From Aplysia californica (Eukaryota): a DNA stretch of 63,861 nt. Made by a program: the position numbers and the translations under genes. This document shows positions 61,301-63,861 of this stretch, piece after piece. The stretch covers positions 503,033 through 566,893 of the forward strand of contig NW_004797420.1 of the NCBI RefSeq assembly GCF_000002075.1, read 5' to 3'. Under the pieces are notes generated by a model, which had not been told where the DNA came from, did not search any database, and saw nothing but the letters and a program-made list of their open reading frames with translations. Within the stretch, counting starts at the first letter, position 1. Every line of letters begins with the position of its first letter.

Positions 61301-63458
61301 TGAAGGAGCATCACAGCAGACTGGTAACTTATTTCTTGCTGGCAGGATGTTTGCTGGGTTACTCGGTGGTGGTCTGTTCAGGAGACTGTTGAAATCGTCT
61401 ACCCATCCTTTAGACTGAGCTTCTTTTCCAAAAATGGTTTTCCCCTCTTAGTCCTTTACTGGTTCTTCAGGTTTCCTGTATTTTCCAGCAAGTGTCCTTG
61501 TGGTCTGGTATAGGATTCACATATGCCCTCCTACCGCTGCTTCCTCTGCCAGCCTGATCATGAATTCCTGCTTGTCTTTTCTTAGTGATTTCTTGACTTC
61601 TTTAGCCGTTGTCTTGTACCGCTCCAATGCATCCACTCTTGATCCTCTTGTTCTACTTGCTTTCGCTTCTGCCTTCAGTTGTCTTCTTATCCTAATTAAA
61701 TCCAATGAGTTTTGGCTAATCCTTTCCTTGTGCTCTCATTTCTTCGCACAGAGTACTTCTTGACATGTTGATGTAAAGACTTCTTTGACCTTGGTCCAGT
61801 GTGTATCCACCTCTGTGTCCTCTCTGCAAAGATCAGCCAGAGGTTGAAATCTGTTCCTCAGCTGCAGCTAAAACTCTTCTTTCTTATGTCCGTCCAAGAG
61901 ACTTACTTGGAACTTCGTTCTTTTGATTCATTTGCTGGTTCGGTGCTTTTTGAGTCGAGGTTTGAGTTTTGCCAACAGCAGATGATGATCCGATCCAACA
62001 TCTGCCCCTCTCTGTACTTTGACATCTTCCAGTGAATGCCTGAACCTACGAGAGATACAAAAATGATCTATCTGGTTCTCCGTCACTCCATCTGGCGAAA
62101 CCCATGACGCCTTGTGAATCCTCTTTTGGGGAAAAACAGAGCCTCCAATGACAAAACTGTTGAAAGCACATATATTTGCGAATCGCTCACCGTTCTCATT
62201 CATTTGTCCCAAGCCTTGCTGTCCCATAATTCTTTCATACCCCACATTGCCTTGACCAATCTTGGCATTAGCATCTCCCATTATGATGTTGACATTCTTC
62301 CTTGGTAGTTTGTCGATGATCCCCTGGAGCTGTGCTGGCTGTAAAAGGCATCCTTGTCTTCATCCGAAGCATCATTTGTTGGGGTGTAGATTTGGACTAT
62401 ATTCCTGTTGATGCTCTTGCTCCTTGTAGTGAATGAAGCCATGATGATCCTCTCCCGTGTGGTTCCCATCCTCTAAGTGACTTTGGTGTGTACTTTAAAT
62501 GATTCCCACTCCTTCCGCATGGTGCTTGTCTTCCCTCCCAGAATACAATACTTGTTCCCCCGAGCTGAGCTGCTTCTGTCCAGACTGTATCCAGTGTGTT
62601 TCACTGACTCCTAGTATGTGCAGCCTGTATCTCTTCATCTCTTGTACTACTTGAGAACTCTTTCCTACTTCATACAAGGTGCCAACATTCCACGACGCAA
62701 TCCGGAGAGACTTGTTCGACAGAGAAGGTTTCGGGTCAGAAGAGTCTTTTCGGCTTTGTCCGCTGTCCTTCATGGTTCCTGCTGATGCAGAAGCTCCTCC
62801 GTCTCCCAAGATTGAAAAATAAAAAGCTGTGTTTGTGTTTCTGTAACTTACTGTTTTTTACTGGGTCGGGTTGTTGGCCCTCCGCAAACTGGCTCTTTTC
62901 GGGCGACCAGACCTTTTCACTTTAGTCGTGTCTTACAACACACAGTATCACGGCAGGTGTATTCTTTGCTCCCCCAGAGTGCCCCCCACCTGCAGGGGCA
63001 GGATGCTTATCTTACATGGTTCAAGCCTGGAATCAGCTGTCAGGGTCAGTTGATAATTTTGGCATCTTATATCCGGTTTTGTCTCATCCATGGTCCCAGG
63101 GTAGAGGATGATATTGAATCTCTGGTCCTATCAAAGTTCTTGTGTGCATGTTACATTCATTAAAGCTTTATGTTGAAGAAAGGCAGCAGTAACCAGAGGT
63201 ACATAAAAATGTAACCTTTTTTTTGCAGGAATATCTAAGAGAATAAGTCTATATTTCTTTGTCTCCATGATTTCTTTTTTTACATTACAGGGCCGTCGTA
63301 TGGAGGCCACCCCACTGGCCATGTACAACTTTTTCATAGATCGTGTGAAGAAACATCTTCACATTGTGTTGGCAATGTCTCCCATCGGTGATGCTTTCCG
63401 CAACAGACTTCGTATGTTCCCATCTCTCATCAACTGTTGTACCATTGACTGGTTCCAG
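15647..63458 (+). CDS. DNAH3: Axonemal dynein heavy chain 3-like (inner-arm, single-headed); 49 exons traced, 3'-incomplete (stalk, AAA5-6 and C-terminus lie outside the window)
   Basis: All exons have GT/AG ends and compatible phases; summed CDS is 7548 nt (2516 aa). N-terminal motifs [16 protein letters not shown] / [18 protein letters not shown] / DLERYYYY / VIRAPVPWH match the DNAH3-specific tail as I recall it. P-loops: GPAGTGKT (AAA1), GEPLGGKT (AAA2), GPTGTGKS (AAA3), GIGGSGRQS (AAA4). Confidence 0.93.
16661..16762 (+). CDS. DNAH3: DNAH3 exon 2
   Basis: cccag|..|gttagt; [34 protein letters not shown]. Confidence 0.85.
17125..17965 (-). mobile_element. Decayed 3' fragment of an RNase H-bearing LINE (I group, Ingi/Nimb-like)
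   Basis: RNase H motifs [30 protein letters not shown]; IFRARTGH and a C-terminal CxxC..EHL zinc knuckle; short (CAA)n-like tail ~17127-17135. Confidence 0.8.
18635..18818 (+). CDS. DNAH3: DNAH3 exon 3
   Basis: gtag|..|gtaagt; [38 protein letters not shown]. Confidence 0.9.
19215..19244 (+). CDS. DNAH3: Candidate optional 30-nt DNAH3 microexon (VVLPPITEN)
   Basis: tttcag|TGGTCGTTCTCCCACCTATCACAGAAAACG|gtatgg; symmetric phase 1-1, no stop. Confidence 0.45.
20880..21106. repeat. (TG)n microsatellite spanning a 100-N gap
   Basis: Seen directly. Confidence 0.9.
21545..21599 (+). CDS. DNAH3: DNAH3 exon 4
   Basis: ctttcag|..|gtatgt; [17 protein letters not shown]; supplies the phase 1->2 bridge needed between exons 3 and 5. 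Confidence 0.75.
22165..22297 (+). CDS. DNAH3: DNAH3 exon 5
   Basis: [32 protein letters not shown]; ag|..|gtaaag. Confidence 0.88.
22747..22936 (+). CDS. DNAH3: DNAH3 exon 6
   Basis: [27 protein letters not shown]. Confidence 0.9.
23487..23562 (+). CDS. DNAH3: DNAH3 exon 7
   Basis: [25 protein letters not shown]. Confidence 0.9.
23676..24073 (+). mobile_element. ~400-bp TIR MITE family, copy 1
   Basis: Shares GGAATCA..TTTTTGGGCATATGG..GAGAAAATGGCYGC..GGACATA.AAGGTG..TTCACCACG with copies at ~36452 (reverse) and ~44985. Confidence 0.7.
25010..25129 (+). CDS. DNAH3: DNAH3 exon 8
   Basis: [23 protein letters not shown]. Confidence 0.9.
25523..25648 (+). CDS. DNAH3: DNAH3 exon 9
   Basis: [25 protein letters not shown]. 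Confidence 0.9.
26177..26372 (+). CDS. DNAH3: DNAH3 exon 10
   Basis: [30 protein letters not shown]. Confidence 0.9.
27080..27259 (+). CDS. DNAH3: DNAH3 exon 11
   Basis: [26 protein letters not shown]. Confidence 0.9.
27808..27944 (+). CDS. DNAH3: DNAH3 exon 12
   Basis: [26 protein letters not shown]. Confidence 0.9.
27955..28085. repeat. 12-bp minisatellite (GTCTTTGAGTGT)
   Basis: Tandem units immediately after the exon 12 donor. Confidence 0.8.
28331..28436 (+). CDS. DNAH3: DNAH3 exon 13
   Basis: [24 protein letters not shown]. Confidence 0.9.
29168..29346 (+). CDS. DNAH3: DNAH3 exon 14
   Basis: [28 protein letters not shown]. Confidence 0.9.
29859..29952 (+). CDS. DNAH3: DNAH3 exon 15
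   Basis: [31 protein letters not shown]. Confidence 0.9.
30587..30677 (+). CDS. DNAH3: DNAH3 exon 16
   Basis: [30 protein letters not shown]. Confidence 0.9.
31114..31304 (+). CDS. DNAH3: DNAH3 exon 17
   Basis: [24 protein letters not shown]. Confidence 0.9.
31501..31635 (+). mobile_element. 5'-truncated 3' fragment of the same RTE family
   Basis: Close match to the 3' end of the 60215-63001 element (AAGACATGGAATAACATCAAGAG..CTAGCCCAGGATAGAGAAAGGTGG..GGTGCAGGGTGAGAAAGG). Confidence 0.85.
31870..32101 (+). CDS. DNAH3: DNAH3 exon 18
   Basis: [33 protein letters not shown]. Confidence 0.9.
32632..32843 (+). CDS. DNAH3: DNAH3 exon 19
   Basis: [25 protein letters not shown] (dynein N2 region). 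Confidence 0.92.
32895..33043. mobile_element. ~150-bp hairpin/MITE-like inverted repeat
   Basis: CGACCTCAGTGCTTTCTTGTCGTAT (32901-32925) is complementary to ATATGACAAGAAAGCACTGAAGTCG (33013-33037); imperfect pairing extends inward. Confidence 0.65.
33583..33674 (+). CDS. DNAH3: DNAH3 exon 20
   Basis: [25 protein letters not shown]. Confidence 0.9.
34139..34253 (+). CDS. DNAH3: DNAH3 exon 21
   Basis: [25 protein letters not shown]. Confidence 0.92.
34574..34744 (+). CDS. DNAH3: DNAH3 exon 22
   Basis: [27 protein letters not shown]. Confidence 0.92.
35439..35570 (+). CDS. DNAH3: DNAH3 exon 23
   Basis: [25 protein letters not shown]. Confidence 0.92.
36019..36149 (+). CDS. DNAH3: DNAH3 exon 24
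   Basis: [22 protein letters not shown]. Confidence 0.92.
36452..36873 (-). mobile_element. ~400-bp TIR MITE family, copy 2 (reverse orientation)
   Basis: Ends CATATGTGAGGCATCGTGGTGAAATCA..TGATTCCACCTCGTCGCAACACATATG form an imperfect TIR; internal match to the other copies. Confidence 0.7.
37393..37594 (+). CDS. DNAH3: DNAH3 exon 25
   Basis: [33 protein letters not shown]. Confidence 0.92.
38376..38582 (+). CDS. DNAH3: DNAH3 exon 26
   Basis: [26 protein letters not shown]. Confidence 0.92.
38946..39060 (+). CDS. DNAH3: DNAH3 exon 27
   Basis: [26 protein letters not shown]. Confidence 0.92.
39316..39511 (+). CDS. DNAH3: DNAH3 exon 28
   Basis: [37 protein letters not shown]. Confidence 0.93.
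40014..40122 (+). CDS. DNAH3: DNAH3 exon 29 (AAA1 Walker A)
   Basis: [22 protein letters not shown]. Confidence 0.95.
40716..41006 (+). CDS. DNAH3: DNAH3 exon 30 (AAA1 Walker B / sensor I)
   Basis: [40 protein letters not shown]. Confidence 0.95.
41492..41583 (+). CDS. DNAH3: DNAH3 exon 31
   Basis: [26 protein letters not shown]. Confidence 0.93.
41605..42050. repeat. Cryptic GGT/GTT/GAT trinucleotide low-complexity tract
   Basis: Seen directly; source of spurious ORFs. Confidence 0.8.
42248..42449 (+). CDS. DNAH3: DNAH3 exon 32
   Basis: [31 protein letters not shown]. Confidence 0.93.
42540..42630. repeat. (TTGG)n microsatellite
   Basis: Seen directly. Confidence 0.85.
43119..43271 (+). 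CDS. DNAH3: DNAH3 exon 33
   Basis: [19 protein letters not shown]. Confidence 0.93.
43779..44001 (+). CDS. DNAH3: DNAH3 exon 34 (AAA2 P-loop)
   Basis: [33 protein letters not shown]. Confidence 0.94.
44090..44275. repeat. Diverged minisatellite (GGTGGATCATGGATGGGCTGAT)
   Basis: Tandem ~22-bp units. Confidence 0.7.
44489..44619 (+). CDS. DNAH3: DNAH3 exon 35
   Basis: [26 protein letters not shown]. Confidence 0.94.
44985..45358 (+). mobile_element. ~400-bp TIR MITE family, copy 3
   Basis: AAATATGTCACACGGTGGAATCA..TTCCACCACGATGCTACACATATTT; internal match to copy 1. Confidence 0.7.
45761..45994 (+). CDS. DNAH3: DNAH3 exon 36
   Basis: [22 protein letters not shown]. Confidence 0.94.
46391..46647 (+). 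mobile_element. tRNA-derived SINE
   Basis: A box TGGCAGAGCGG, B box GGTTCGAGCCC, followed by a non-tRNA body with a CCACCCAGCAGTAATGGGCACCTGAC core-like motif. Confidence 0.75.
47081..47272 (+). CDS. DNAH3: DNAH3 exon 37
   Basis: [20 protein letters not shown]; catcag|..|gtgggg. Confidence 0.85.
47979..48140 (+). CDS. DNAH3: DNAH3 exon 38
   Basis: [29 protein letters not shown]. Confidence 0.9.
49417..49542 (+). CDS. DNAH3: DNAH3 exon 39
   Basis: [26 protein letters not shown]. Confidence 0.9.
50254..50411 (+). CDS. DNAH3: DNAH3 exon 40 (AAA3 Walker A)
   Basis: [21 protein letters not shown]. Confidence 0.94.
51113..51193 (+). CDS. DNAH3: DNAH3 exon 41
   Basis: [21 protein letters not shown]. 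Confidence 0.93.
51733..51872 (-). mobile_element. SINE/L2-type 3' end fragment
   Basis: On the - strand GTAAAGCGC..GCGCTATACAAAT followed by a (TAT)n tail. Confidence 0.55.
52016..52199 (+). CDS. DNAH3: DNAH3 exon 42
   Basis: [33 protein letters not shown]. Confidence 0.94.
52316..53290. mobile_element. Probable non-autonomous DNA-transposon remnant (boundaries approximate)
   Basis: CpG-rich island with CCAAT boxes and GATGACTTCATC inside an otherwise CpG-poor intron; no paired TIR found. Confidence 0.35.
53714..54692. mobile_element. Non-autonomous Tc1/mariner-pogo type MITE (979 bp)
   Basis: Perfect 24-bp TIR CAGTAGTCTCCGCCTAAACGCACG (53714-53737 / 54669-54692), TA on both sides, subterminal GCGTGCGTTT repeats, no transposase ORF. 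Confidence 0.9.
54758..54943 (+). CDS. DNAH3: DNAH3 exon 43
   Basis: [19 protein letters not shown]. Confidence 0.94.
55291..55475 (+). mobile_element. SINE 3' portion (family with related fragments at ~30355-30455, ~42945-43052, ~43715-43745)
   Basis: Shared GTTGGCGGGTGCTCT, TGTTACTCTCTTGTAA, CCTTATGCAGTTGC..GCCGTAAAAC motifs and a (CTAAA)n tail. Confidence 0.6.
55753..55979 (+). CDS. DNAH3: DNAH3 exon 44
   Basis: [34 protein letters not shown]. Confidence 0.94.
56479..56682 (+). CDS. DNAH3: DNAH3 exon 45
   Basis: [22 protein letters not shown]. Confidence 0.9.
56687..56965. repeat. Minisatellite of TCACAAAT(G/A)TCTCTT units starting right after the exon 45 donor
   Basis: ~15-17-bp tandem units seen directly. 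Confidence 0.85.
57760..58030. repeat. 21-bp minisatellite (TCACTCACACCTCTGTCCTCT) just upstream of the exon 46 acceptor
   Basis: ~12-13 tandem copies. Confidence 0.9.
58066..58193 (+). CDS. DNAH3: DNAH3 exon 46
   Basis: [32 protein letters not shown]. Confidence 0.93.
59038..59162 (+). CDS. DNAH3: DNAH3 exon 47 (AAA4 P-loop)
   Basis: [29 protein letters not shown]. Confidence 0.94.
59923..60108 (+). CDS. DNAH3: DNAH3 exon 48
   Basis: [31 protein letters not shown]. Confidence 0.93.
60215..63001 (-). mobile_element. RTE-clade non-LTR retrotransposon, 5'-complete but decayed (frameshifts, stops, internal deletion)
   Basis: APE motifs SWNV, SETHW, MGDANAK, QIDHF, GSDHH; RT motifs [28 protein letters not shown]; C-terminal [25 protein letters not shown]; (GAT)n tail; 12-bp TSD GATGCTTATCTT at 60203-60214 and 63002-63013. 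Confidence 0.93.
63291..63458 (+). CDS. DNAH3: DNAH3 exon 49 (last in window)
   Basis: [34 protein letters not shown]. Confidence 0.94.
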
Positions 63459-63549
63459 GTAAGCCTGCCGGATACTGTACCATGAGTGGTAGAGAATGTG
63501 CAGACAAGTGGTGCTTGTCTTCACAAAAACTTATATCGACGTATCACAG

Positions 63550-63715
63550 TCTCTCTCTTTCTTTCTCTCTATCTCTCACTCTATTTCTCTCACTGTCTCT
63601 CTCTCTGTATCTCTATTTTTCTCTCTTGCTCTCTTTGTATCTCCCTCTACCTCTCTCTCTGTCTCTCTCTCTCTCTCTGTCTCTATCTCTTTCTCTGTCT
63701 GTCTGTCTGTCTCTT
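63550..63715. repeat. (CT)n-rich microsatellite
   Basis: Seen directly. Confidence 0.85.
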
Positions 63716-63861
63716 ATTCTTTTTTTTTCACTCTCCCCCTTCTTCCTAACACATAACTGGGTAGATCTATGATGCATATATGTGAAATAAAATGTGAGCA
63801 TGAAGACAACTTTATGCATAAAAAATCTTTAAAAGTGTGACCATCATTTTATCGATGTGTT

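Overview
Eukaryotic (animal) genomic scaffold with 11 N-gaps. The repeat style suggests a gastropod such as Aplysia, but that is an inference. Most of the window (15647-63458, + strand) is the 5' ~60% of an axonemal inner-arm dynein heavy chain of the DNAH3 type. I traced 49 GT-AG exons in a continuous reading frame (7548 nt, 2516 aa: tail, linker, AAA1-AAA4), plus one optional 30-nt microexon; the gene continues past the window end. Head-to-head with it on the - strand is the 5' part of an FBXW10/CDRT1-like F-box gene. The ~470-bp shared promoter carries RFX X-box motifs and is flanked by TAGATC palindromic arrays. The F-box gene stops at an unsized 100-N gap (12627-12726) before any WD40 exon. 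Left of that gap are frame-compatible - strand exons of a different, unidentified Pro/Gln-rich gene, so a scaffold join or large gap is likely. Dynein introns hold a 5'-complete, TSD-flanked RTE retrotransposon with a structured 5' RNA leader (candidate ribozyme), an RNase H-bearing LINE fragment, a perfect-TIR Tc1/pogo-type MITE, a 3-copy MITE family, tRNA-derived SINEs and many mini/microsatellites. No prokaryotic systems, CRISPR arrays or bona fide tRNA/rRNA genes were found. The best novelty candidates are the RTE 5' pseudoknot, the DNAH3/FBXW10 X-box bidirectional promoter, and repeated intronic echoes of exon boundaries.
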